Source: an uncultured Oscillospiraceae bacterium (lineage in GTDB: Bacteria > Bacillota > Clostridia > Oscillospirales > Oscillospiraceae). Taken from it: a stretch of 64,000 bases of DNA. How positions within the stretch are numbered: the first letter of the stretch is position 1; each line of letters opens with the position of its first letter. Positions 1 through 7,215 of this stretch are shown piece by piece. Below the pieces are notes generated by a model. The model was not told the origin of the DNA. It saw only the letters and a program-made list of their open reading frames with translations, and did no database searches. The position numbers and the translations under genes are program-made. The stretch lies in NCBI GenBank assembly GCA_947624985.1, contig CANQMO010000012.1, forward strand, positions 19,549 through 83,548, read 5' to 3'.

Positions 1-90
1 CGCAGCATCGCCAATGACTACGCGGAGGTGGTGGACCTGTCCCGGTTCGACCTGGGGGCGGATCCATCGGAAGAGGAGGTGACGGCATGA
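1..90 (+). CDS. 3' end of an unidentified CDS (partial, continues left of the window)
   Basis: Frame 1 is open from base 1 to TGA 88-90 (...DYAEVVDLSRFDLGADPSEEEVTA*). The stop overlaps the next ATG (ATGA at 87-90), so it is translationally coupled to the recombinase gene. 29 residues are too few to assign a family. Confidence 0.3.
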   Translation, partial: RSIANDYAEVVDLSRFDLGADPSEEEVTA

Positions 91-1928
91 TAAATTCCGA
101 TTTTGCCAAGCGGCGGGTGGTGATCTACGCCCGTGTGTCCACGGAGCATGAGGCCCAGCTTTCCGCGCTGGAAAACCAGATGGACTGGTACAAGCCCATC
201 ATGGCCGCCCGGCCGGAGTGGACGCTGGTGGGCCAGTATATCGACGAGGGCATCACCGGCACCTCCGCCGAGAAGCGGCCCCAGTTCATGAAGATGATCC
301 GGGACGCAAAAAAGCGGAAGTTCGACCTTATCATCACCCGCGAGGTGTCCCGTTTCGCCCGGAACACGGTGGACACCTTGCAGTACACACGGATGCTCCG
401 GGCCGTGGGTGTCGAGGTGTTCTTCATCAATGACAACATCAAGACCTTTGATGGCGACGGGGAGCTGCGGCTGAGCCTCATGGCTACCCTGGCCCAGGAC
501 GAGAGCCGCAAGACCTCCATCCGGGTGAAGAGCGGCCAGCAGACCAGCATGGAAAACGGCGTGGTCTACGGTAACGGTAACATCCTGGGCTACGACCGGG
601 TGGGGAAGGAGATGGTCATCAACCCCGAACAGGCCGAGACCGTCCGCCTGATCTTCGATATGTACCTGGACGGTGAGGGGCTCATGGCCATCAAAAATGA
701 GCTGGAACGGCGCGGCCGGCGCACCGCCATGGGCAAGAGCCGCTGGCACTGCACGGTCATCTCCCATGTGCTGAAAAACACCTTCTATTACGGGGTCATG
801 ACCTATCACAAGGAGTTCACGCCGGACTATCTTACCCAGAAGAAGATACGCAATTACGGCGAGGTGGAGCCGGTACAGGCCCAGGGGACCCACCAGCCCA
901 TCGTCACCAGGGAAGAATTTGAAAGGGTGCAAAGGATCATGAACACAAAGAGAGAAAAGCGCGTGGACGCCCAGCGGGGCGAGAGAAGGTATATGGGCAA
1001 GCACCCCCGCTCCACCGTCTGGGGCAAGCTTCTCATATGCTACTGCGGGCGGCGGTTCAGCAAGCGGGTGTGGACCCGGACCAACGGCAAGGCGGACCCG
1101 GCCTATCTCTGCTACGGGGTCATCCAGAACGGCTCCTATGAGAGCCGGAAAAAGCGGGGTCTGCCCCTGGAGGGCGCGTGTCGGACACCCATGATCCCGG
1201 AATGGCGGCTACAGATGATGGCGAACCTGATCTTCCGGGACTACCTGGCCGACAAGGAGCGGGTGCTGGCCCTGGCCAATTCCATGCTGGCCGACCACAT
1301 CGGCGACGCCGAGGAGCGGGAGGACGTGAGCGCGGCCCTGGAGCGGAAGCGGGCGGAGCTGGAAAAGCTCAATCGCAAGTTCGACAACCTGGTGGAGATG
1401 CGCTCCGACGGGGAGATCGGCAAGGATATGTTCCGGGCCAAGTGCGACGAACTGGAGCCCCGGATGGACCGGCTGCGGCGGGAGATCGGCGAGCTGGAGG
1501 CCAAAGAGGCGCCGCCGGAGGTGGCGGACTACGAGGAGAAGCTCACCGTCCTGCGCTACGCATTGGAGCGGTACACGGACTTCAGCGAGGACCGGGACGT
1601 GCCCGAGAGCGTCATCGAGGCGTTCGTGGAGAAGATCGTGGCCTCACCGGAGGGCTTCGACTGGTATCTCCGCTTCGGCGGGGACCCGGACGACCCGATC
1701 CGATGCAAAGTAGAGGGAAAGCGCCGCCCCAACGCGCACGCGGTGGTTTTGGAAAGCGCTTCCCCTTCCGCCCATTTGCGCGGCACAGGCCGCGATCAAG
1801 GACTGAGCTTCGCGAAGCTCGTCTCCTTCACCGTGACACGGCAGGACACGCGGAAGTACTTGTATTCTGACAGCACCGCCCGCCGTGTCCATCGGTGGAA
1901 AGACATCCAAGTGAACCTGTATATCTGA
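87..1928 (+). CDS. Large serine recombinase (resolvase N-domain, recombinase domain, Zn-ribbon, coiled coil)
   Basis: N-terminus VVIYARVSTEHEAQLSALENQ carries the catalytic-Ser motif, plus SRFARN and DESRKTS resolvase motifs. Cys-rich LICYCGRRF...YLCYG segment and a Glu/Arg/Leu-rich coiled-coil region follow. Resembles TnpX/TndX-type integrases of Firmicutes mobile elements. Confidence 0.9.
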   Translation: MINSDFAKRRVVIYARVSTEHEAQLSALENQMDWYKPIMAARPEWTLVGQYIDEGITGTSAEKRPQFMKMIRDAKKRKFDLIITREVSRFARNTVDTLQYTRMLRAVGVEVFFINDNIKTFDGDGELRLSLMATLAQDESRKTSIRVKSGQQTSMENGVVYGNGNILGYDRVGKEMVINPEQAETVRLIFDMYLDGEGLMAIKNELERRGRRTAMGKSRWHCTVISHVLKNTFYYGVMTYHKEFTPDYLTQKKIRNYGEVEPVQAQGTHQPIVTREEFERVQRIMNTKREKRVDAQRGERRYMGKHPRSTVWGKLLICYCGRRFSKRVWTRTNGKADPAYLCYGVIQNGSYESRKKRGLPLEGACRTPMIPEWRLQMMANLIFRDYLADKERVLALANSMLADHIGDAEEREDVSAALERKRAELEKLNRKFDNLVEMRSDGEIGKDMFRAKCDELEPRMDRLRREIGELEAKEAPPEVADYEEKLTVLRYALERYTDFSEDRDVPESVIEAFVEKIVASPEGFDWYLRFGGDPDDPIRCKVEGKRRPNAHAVVLESASPSAHLRGTGRDQGLSFAKLVSFTVTRQDTRKYLYSDSTARRVHRWKDIQVNLYI

Positions 1929-1969
1929 ACGAGTCCCCGGTCAGCGAAAGCTGGCCGGGGATTTTGTGT
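1871..1969 (+). repeat. Direct repeat copy 1 (last 19 codons of recombinase, stop, terminator hairpin)
   Basis: Hand alignment to 8174-8265: 39 nt with 4 mismatches, a 9-nt indel, 27 nt with 1 mismatch, then a hairpin of similar shape followed by ATTTTGTGT in both copies. Confidence 0.85.
1935..1966 (+). terminator. Intrinsic terminator of the recombinase gene
   Basis: CCCCGGTCAGC-GAAA-GCTGGCCGGGG forms an 11-bp stem (one G-U pair) followed by ATTTT. Confidence 0.75.
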
Positions 1970-2007
1970 GAGTGTGGGAAAATCAGTCCACACATTCGAC
2001 AGGCTGC

Positions 2008-2214
2008 GGACTTCTCTGTATTTTGCAGACCAGCGGAGAGCTGAACGCTCACCTGGCCGACACGGACGAGCGGGCCAGGGAGATGTATTCCCTCCTGGTG
2101 GAGCAGATGGCGGCCAGCGAGGGGGTCACAGAAGAATTGAAGGCCAGAGACCAAGTAGACTGGGAGAAGCGGATGAACAACATCGCCGCCCGTTTGGAGA
2201 TTCCCTGTATTTAT
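2008..2214 (+). pseudogene. TnpV-family gene remnant (5'-truncated)
   Basis: Translation LLCILQTSGELNAHLADTDERAREMYSLLVEQMAASEGVTEELKARDQVDWEKRMNNIAARLEI...IYG matches, from memory, the C-terminal half of transposon TnpV proteins (..LLTSGKL.EHL.EID...QMA.AEGVTE.LKA.DQM.W...MN.I...). There is no N-terminal half, start codon or RBS, and the frame runs on into the next gene. Confidence 0.65.
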
Positions 2215-2274
2215 GGTATAATCAGCCTAACATCATGTGACTGGTATCATAGGAAACTGATAAAGGAGGCAAAT

Positions 2275-3366
2275 ATGCAATATCGCAAACTGCCCCACGG
2301 AGGGGAACAGATCGGCATCATCGGCATGGGCTCGTCGGTAGTGGGCCAGCAGAAAGAAAAGGACATCATTGAGACGGTGCGCACGGCGGTTGAGCTGGGT
2401 GTCAACTACTTTGACCTGGCGGCTGGTCACGCCGCTTGTTTCCCGGCCTACGGGAAGGCCCTGGCCGAGTGCCGGAAAAATGTGTACTTACAGATCCACT
2501 TCGGCGCCAACTACACCACCGGGGAGTACGGCTGGACCACTGACCTGGAGGCTATCAAGCGTTCCATCGGCTGGCAGCTGGACAATCTGAAAACAGACTA
2601 TATCGACTTCGGCTTCATCCACTGTCTGGACGAGCGGACGGACGTGGAGGCATACGAAAAGAGCGGTGCGCTGCAATATGTGTTGGACATGAAGGCCCAG
2701 GGCGTAGTGCGGCACATCGGCCTGTCCTCCCATAACCCGGATACGGTTCACCATGTGCTAGACAGGGGCATCGTGGACATGCTCATGTTCTCCATCAATC
2801 CTATGTACGATTACGGCCAGGGAGAGTATGCCATCGGCTCTGACGGAGAGCGGCAGGCCCTATACCGCCGGTGCGAGGCGGAGGGCGTGGGTATCGCGGT
2901 GATGAAGCCCTTCAACGCGGGACAGCTTTTGGACGCAAAACAGTCGCCGTTCAAGCGGGCCCTGACGCCCGCCCAGTGCATCCAGTACGCTCTGGATAAG
3001 CCCGGTGTGCTGACGGTGCTGCCCGGTGCGGCCAATGTGGACGAGCTGAAACGGAACCTTGCTTATCTGGACGCGCCCGACGAGGAACGGGACTATTCCG
3101 TCATTGCCAGTCTCACCCCGGAGGAATCCAAGGGCCGGTGCGTGTACTGCAACCACTGCGCGCCCTGTCCGGCTGGCCTCAACGTGGGTCTCATCAACAA
3201 GTATTATGACTTGGCCAAGGTAGGAGACCCCCTGGCGGCGGAGCACTATCATACCCTTACCAAGACCGCCGTGGACTGCGTGGGCTGCGGGCACTGTGAC
3301 GGCCGCTGCCCCTTCCATGTAGAGCAGTCTGCCCGGATGCGCCAGATCACGGCATATTTTCAATGA
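2275..3366 (+). CDS. Aldo/keto reductase with C-terminal 4Fe-4S ferredoxin-type domain
   Basis: RBS AAAGGAGG at 2262-2269 precedes ATG 2275. MQYRKLPHGGEQIGIIGMG...NYFDLA...GLSSH is an AKR fold. The C-terminus has two Cys clusters (CVYCNHCAPCP and CVGCGHCDGRCP). The track ORF from 1972 is a read-through from the tnpV remnant. Confidence 0.85.
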   Translation: MQYRKLPHGGEQIGIIGMGSSVVGQQKEKDIIETVRTAVELGVNYFDLAAGHAACFPAYGKALAECRKNVYLQIHFGANYTTGEYGWTTDLEAIKRSIGWQLDNLKTDYIDFGFIHCLDERTDVEAYEKSGALQYVLDMKAQGVVRHIGLSSHNPDTVHHVLDRGIVDMLMFSINPMYDYGQGEYAIGSDGERQALYRRCEAEGVGIAVMKPFNAGQLLDAKQSPFKRALTPAQCIQYALDKPGVLTVLPGAANVDELKRNLAYLDAPDEERDYSVIASLTPEESKGRCVYCNHCAPCPAGLNVGLINKYYDLAKVGDPLAAEHYHTLTKTAVDCVGCGHCDGRCPFHVEQSARMRQITAYFQ

Positions 3367-3492
3367 GAAGCCAGGATAAAACCGCATAAAAAGTAAATGA
3401 ACAGCCCCACCGTTACGATGGGGCTGTTGCCATTGCTGGACGGTTTATGGGACAGCGTTGTTGTTATGCTGAAAATACCGGGAGGTGTTTTT

Positions 3493-3684
3493 ATGAAACA
3501 CAAGGTCAGAGCGCTGGTCCAGGTGGAGAAATATGGTCTGTTCGGAAAGAAGAAGGTCTTTGAAGAACGAACCGTCACGGTGGACGGCAAGACATACAAA
3601 AAGATGAAAAATGCCCAGTGGGACCGCCCCTTTAGCATCGGAGAGATGATGTTTTACGACCTTTTATGGGACGAGGAGGATTGA
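3493..3684 (+). CDS. Small hypothetical protein (63 aa)
   Basis: GGAGGTG RBS at 3481-3487 precedes ATG 3493 (MKHKVRALVQVEKYGLFGKKKVFEERTVTVDGKTYKKM...). No family recognised. Confidence 0.4.
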   Translation: MKHKVRALVQVEKYGLFGKKKVFEERTVTVDGKTYKKMKNAQWDRPFSIGEMMFYDLLWDEED

Positions 3685-3828
3685 GGGCGGCAAACTGTAT
3701 ATTGCCGACAGCGCGGCTTTGCGGTAAAATATAGTGGAGATCGTCCTTGCCGGCCAGGTGGAGGATATGTTCGGCGTTGCTGTGGACATAGAATACCCCG
3801 GCATGAAGGCCGGATAAGGAGAACAACT

Positions 3829-4416
3829 ATGCAGAGATGTCCTTGGTGTCTGATGAACGAGCGGCAGACGCGCTACCACGACGAGGAATGGGGCGTGCCG
3901 GTCCATGACGACCGCAAGCAGTTTGAGTTTCTCATGCTGGAGGCCATGCAGTGCGGCCTCAGCTGGGATACGGTGTTGCGAAAGCGGGAGATCTTCCGCG
4001 GCTGCTTTGATGGGTTCGATTTTGATAAGGTGGCGGCCTACACCGACGAGGATGTGGACCGCATCATGGCCGTGCCCGGCATGATCCGCTCCCGGCGGAA
4101 GATCGAGGCTGTCATCCATAACGCCCGGTGTGTCCAGCGAATTCGGGTGGAATTCGGCACGTTTTCTGACTATCTCTGGGGCTGGACGAATGGGAAGACG
4201 ATGCTCTACAAGGGCCATGAGCTGGGCCACATCCCGGCGTCCAACGACCTCTCCGACCGCATCGCCAAGGACCTGAAAAAACGGGGCATGAAGTACATCG
4301 GCAGCGTGACGGTCTACGCCCATCTGCAGGCCTGCGGGATCATCAACGACCATGTGAAGGAGTGCTTCCGGTATCGGGAACTGGTAGAGACTTGTTCTAC
4401 AAGTAGGGAGGAGTGA
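3829..4416 (+). CDS. tag: DNA-3-methyladenine glycosylase I
   Basis: CPWCLMNERQTRYHDEEWGVPVHDD..FEFL.LE..QCGLSW..VL.KR..F...F is the characteristic Tag N-terminus. RBS AAGGAG lies upstream. Confidence 0.9.
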   Translation: MQRCPWCLMNERQTRYHDEEWGVPVHDDRKQFEFLMLEAMQCGLSWDTVLRKREIFRGCFDGFDFDKVAAYTDEDVDRIMAVPGMIRSRRKIEAVIHNARCVQRIRVEFGTFSDYLWGWTNGKTMLYKGHELGHIPASNDLSDRIAKDLKKRGMKYIGSVTVYAHLQACGIINDHVKECFRYRELVETCSTSREE

Positions 4417-4420
4417 GACC

Positions 4421-4495
4421 GTGAAGAAGATAGAGTATAACAAACTGGTTCGGGACCGCATTCCGGAGATTATCGATAAGTCCGGCAAAACATAA
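4421..4495 (+). pseudogene. N-terminal 24 codons of a MazG-like nucleotide pyrophosphohydrolase-type gene (truncated)
   Basis: RBS AGGGAGGAG precedes GTG 4421. VKKIEYNKLVRDRIPEIIDKSGKT* resembles the conserved N-terminus (YNKLVRD.IPEII) of about 100-aa house-cleaning NTP pyrophosphatases. It stops exactly where the hairpin of the XRE cassette begins. Confidence 0.4.
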
Positions 4496-4496
4496 A

Positions 4497-4533
4497 ATGA
4501 GGTGCATCGGGGTGAAATCCCAATGCGCCTCAT
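4497..4533 (-). terminator. Terminator of the XRE gene
   Basis: ATGAGGTGCA-N17-TGCGCCTCAT forms a 10-bp stem (one G-U pair). On the minus strand it is followed by TTTATGTTTT and lies 3 nt after the XRE stop. Confidence 0.6.
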
Positions 4534-4535
4534 GT

Positions 4536-4775
4536 TCATATTTCGGCGTCCAGATGGTTGAAGTCATTAGTATCAAAGAACTCGCTCAATGTGATACCTA
4601 GACCATCACAGATCAACTTGATGGTCAGCAGCTTTGGGTTCTGGCTCTTACCATACAGGATGTTCTTCACGCTGGATGGCGGAAGGGCGGCCAGGGTCGC
4701 CAGCTTGTTGATGGTGATATTATTTTCCCCGCAAAGCTGTAAAATGCGGTTGCGTACGGCTTCCTGTGCGGTCAT
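4536..4775 (-). CDS. XRE-family helix-turn-helix transcriptional regulator (79 aa)
   Basis: MTAQEAVRNRILQLCGENNITINKLATLAALPPSSVKNILYGKSQNPKLLTIKLICDGLGITLSEFF is a typical HTH_3/Cro-C1 domain. GC content is visibly lower than in the neighbours. Confidence 0.85.
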   Translation of the reverse strand: MTAQEAVRNRILQLCGENNITINKLATLAALPPSSVKNILYGKSQNPKLLTIKLICDGLGITLSEFFDTNDFNHLDAEI

Positions 4776-4815
4776 ATGGCATCACGCTCCTTGCCTACAT
4801 TGTATGGGAGATTCC

Positions 4816-4844
4816 TTGACAAAGTAGGCTATCCATGCTACTAT
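4816..4844 (+). promoter_or_regulatory. Sigma-70-type promoter for the small ORF at 4880
   Basis: TTGACA (4816-4821), a 17-nt spacer, then TACTAT (4839-4844). Confidence 0.55.
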
Positions 4845-4846
4845 TG

Positions 4847-4860
4847 GGCTATACATAGCC
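4847..4860. promoter_or_regulatory. Palindromic operator candidate (GGCTAT-AC-ATAGCC)
   Basis: Perfect 6+6 inverted repeat immediately downstream of the -10 element. An extra GGCTAT half-site lies at 4827-4832 inside the promoter spacer. This is a plausible binding site for the divergent XRE repressor. Confidence 0.5.
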
Positions 4861-4879
4861 TAAAAGGAGGCGTGGCATA

Positions 4880-5032
4880 ATGGTTGACTACCAGGAAATG
4901 TACTACAAGATGAACCGGGCCATGGAAAAGGCCATCAACATTTTGGTCGAGGCCCAGCGTGAATGTGAAGAGGACTACTTGAAACAAACAGACCCTCCGG
5001 CTGAAAGTGAGGGGAAAGAAGAGAATAAATAA
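4880..5032 (+). CDS. Small acidic helical protein (50 aa), hypothetical
   Basis: AAAGGAGG RBS at 4863-4870 precedes ATG 4880. Sequence is MVDYQEMYYKMNRAMEKAINILVEAQRECEEDYLKQTDPPAESEGKEENK*. It falls below the 60-aa cutoff of the ORF track, has its own promoter and is followed by a strong hairpin. Confidence 0.5.
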   Translation: MVDYQEMYYKMNRAMEKAINILVEAQRECEEDYLKQTDPPAESEGKEENK

Positions 5033-5035
5033 TGC

Positions 5036-5060
5036 GCTCCCGGCTTGTCCAGCCGGGAGC
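5036..5060. terminator. GC-rich hairpin, likely terminator closing the XRE cassette and usable by the convergent LarA-like gene
   Basis: GCTCCCGGCT-TGTCC-AGCCGGGAGC is a perfect 10-bp stem. An AT-rich stretch follows up to 5158. Confidence 0.6.
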
Positions 5061-5158
5061 AGCTATTATAAGAAGATTTTTTAATTAAAGAGAATCGGGT
5101 TTATGAACTTTTAGTGCTCATAATTATCTCTTTTGAAAGGCCACAATATCATGGACTC

Positions 5159-6652
5159 TTATCCGCCGCAGGGATGGCCGGCGCCGTCCCGGGAATGGCT
5201 GTTTTCCGCCGGGTCCTTCATGCACAGATGTACCGCCGCGGTGGTGAAGGTGCGTGGCAGGGCTAGGATGTTGGGATGGGGCCCCACATACTTTTTCATG
5301 GCGTCGGCAAGAGCCTCCTCCACCGTGGCACGGGTCTTCAGCCCCATGCTCCGGGCAATGCCCGGCTCCCTTGCGCCTACGATGTAGATGGCGCTGGTGT
5401 GCTCCTCAGCCAGGTGCCCGCAGCTCATCATGGAGAAGCCGTGGAAGGGGTGGAAGGCGTTGGCGAAGCGGTACTTGTCCGTGTACTCCTTCCGGGTGGC
5501 GAAGTATTCCCCGTACCGGTCCATGTCCGGCAGGATGTTCATGCTGTCATGCTGGAACATCTCGTAAAGCTCCCGCAGATAGGGCCAGCGTTCGTCGTGG
5601 AACCACCCGTCGCAAATGCTGGGCACGATGAACACGCACCGGTCCGCCAGCACCCGCTTGTGGCGGATGACCTGGGCGGACAGGGCCTGCATCATCTGGA
5701 TGGGATTGGTGCCCATGCCCGCGCCGTAGTGGAAGTTGGTCGGCATGCCGAACACCACCACGTCGTATTTCTTCTCCGCCCAGTGAACGTAGGTGCGCTT
5801 GTCGGCGGTGGCCCAGCTCACGGGCTGCATTTCCTTGGCCCAGCCGGAATTTATCTCGATCTGGCGGCTTTTGGTGTCCAGCACCGCGTCGCAGCAGAAG
5901 AACTTATGGCCCATCTTCTCTTCCATGAACATGCCCTGCTCGTCGAACTTGGAGCGCATGACGCTGCTGGTGGACACGGGCACGAAATCGGGCGCGTGCA
6001 TGACGCGGGGGATGTGGTGGGCGGCGATGGAGCGCCAGTGGGTGATGCCGGTGGCGCAGTGCTTGTAGCCGCCGGAGTAACCGCCGTAGGGGTTTCCCTG
6101 GGTGTGGCCGATGAGGATGGGCACGTCCGCCTCGAAAACGTACTTGTTCATCAGCACATGGTCGCCGGAGGCGGTGAAGCCCAGGTCCACCATGTGCTCA
6201 TAGTCCTCGCTGTCATGGCTGGTGATCTGGCCGGTGGGATAGAACGCATTGAAAAGCTCTTCCCCCAGGATGGTGCGCATTTCCGGCACCGTGGCGCGGG
6301 GGTGCAGGCCGTTGGAGATGAGCAGCAGGATGTCCTTTTTCTCCACGCCCACGCTGTACAGCTCGTCCAAGCAGGCCCGGATGGACACCTTGCGGTGGCT
6401 GGTGGGCTGGTTGCCGCCCTTTACGATATCCGGGATGACGAACACCACACGGTCCCCCGCCTTGGCGACATCCCGCAGGGCGGGCATGCCGATGGGGTGG
6501 CGTATACTCTCCAGCGTGGCGGCGTAGAGGCTGTCCCAGTCCTGGGGAAGGCACGGCGGATCGGGCACCGTCTCGCCGGGGATGAACACGTCCGTCCAAT
6601 CGGGCAGCTCCGCCCCCATCATGCCGTTTCCATACTCAAATTCCAGTTTCAT
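5159..6652 (-). CDS. LarA-family (DUF2088, lactate racemase-like, nickel-pincer-cofactor type) protein, long form (497 aa)
   Basis: Start MKLEFEYGNG with RBS GGGGGA. LarA-like core ...IGHTQGNPYGGYSGGYKHCATGI... corresponds to the LarA ..PH...GFSGG.K...PG. region. Starts 4 nt after the stop of the upstream TIM-like frame. Confidence 0.75.
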   Translation of the reverse strand: MKLEFEYGNGMMGAELPDWTDVFIPGETVPDPPCLPQDWDSLYAATLESIRHPIGMPALRDVAKAGDRVVFVIPDIVKGGNQPTSHRKVSIRACLDELYSVGVEKKDILLLISNGLHPRATVPEMRTILGEELFNAFYPTGQITSHDSEDYEHMVDLGFTASGDHVLMNKYVFEADVPILIGHTQGNPYGGYSGGYKHCATGITHWRSIAAHHIPRVMHAPDFVPVSTSSVMRSKFDEQGMFMEEKMGHKFFCCDAVLDTKSRQIEINSGWAKEMQPVSWATADKRTYVHWAEKKYDVVVFGMPTNFHYGAGMGTNPIQMMQALSAQVIRHKRVLADRCVFIVPSICDGWFHDERWPYLRELYEMFQHDSMNILPDMDRYGEYFATRKEYTDKYRFANAFHPFHGFSMMSCGHLAEEHTSAIYIVGAREPGIARSMGLKTRATVEEALADAMKKYVGPHPNILALPRTFTTAAVHLCMKDPAENSHSRDGAGHPCGG

Positions 6653-6656
6653 TTTC

Positions 6657-7215
6657 TTATTCCCCCAAATATAGCCGGATGATCTCAAGATATTCCTCCG
6701 GATAGAAGCCGATCTGGCCGGTGAACCGGGTCAGGGCGATGAGCCCGCCATCTATCTCGTCGATGGAGGCCAGCATGGCGGCGTTGTCCGCCTTCAGGCC
6801 GCCGCCGTACACCACATCCATGCCGCCGGTGCGCTCCTTGACGAACCGGGCGATCTTCTGGATATACGGCTTATCCGCCGGGGTCTTGCCCGGGCCGATG
6901 GACCACACCGGCTCATAGCCGATGACCACCCGGGACTTGTCCACGCCCGCCAGGCCCGCGTCCAGCTGCCGGCCCAGCACGTTCTCCCAATCGGCCTGCT
7001 CCTCGCTGGTCTCCCCGATACAGTACAGCACGGAAAGCCCCGCGTCCAGAGCGCATTTTATCTCCTGATTCAGGAGCCTGTCTACCGCGGACATATCGGT
7101 GCAGCCGGCCTCGGCCAGCACGCCCTTTTTGTCGTTTCGCTCCTCGCAGTGGCCGATGAGGGTGCTCTCGCAGCCAAGGGCCTTCACGATGCCTGCTGCG
7201 AGAGCACCGTCTCCG
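6657..7215 (-). pseudogene. Triosephosphate-isomerase-family gene, 5'-truncated (about 185 C-terminal codons kept)
   Basis: ...GDGALAAGIVKALGCESTLIGHCEER...LYCIGETSEE...VIGYEPVWSIGPGKT...VVYGGGLKADN...IDGGLIAL aligns to TIM from the GAFTGE region to the C-terminus. The N-terminal ~70 residues, including the NWK lysine motif, are absent. Upstream the frame becomes Gly/Arg/Pro-rich antisense noise. The 5' limit is approximate (+/-15 nt). Confidence 0.65.

Larger units (their letters stand above)
1..2214. mobile_element. Right-hand portion of a serine-recombinase-type integrative/mobilisable element (recombinase plus tnpV remnant); left part lies outside the window
   Basis: The recombinase is coupled to an upstream gene and followed by a TnpV-family fragment, the gene order known from the Tn4451 family (tnpX then tnpV). 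The true element ends are not identifiable from this window. Confidence 0.4.

Noticed and set aside
18-1004. 328-aa minus-strand ORF opposite the recombinase gene, and similar long antisense ORFs elsewhere (e.g. 5276-6682 +, 12518-13990 -, 14158-15336 -, 20812-22311 -, 23082-23924 -, 30917-32170 +, 35438-37921 -, 40934-42403 -, 50874-52532 -, 53626-54696 -, 60903-62183 +)
   Set aside because: All lie antisense to genes with clear family motifs. Their translations are low-complexity Gly/Ala/Arg/Pro/His/Val-rich strings with no recognisable domains, and they lack RBS sequences. Long stop-free antisense frames are expected in GC-rich DNA.
1972-3366. 464-aa ORF as a single gene
   Set aside because: It is a read-through of the tnpV remnant into the aldo/keto reductase gene. 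The reductase has its own strong RBS and ATG at 2275, and the first 100 codons belong to a different protein family.
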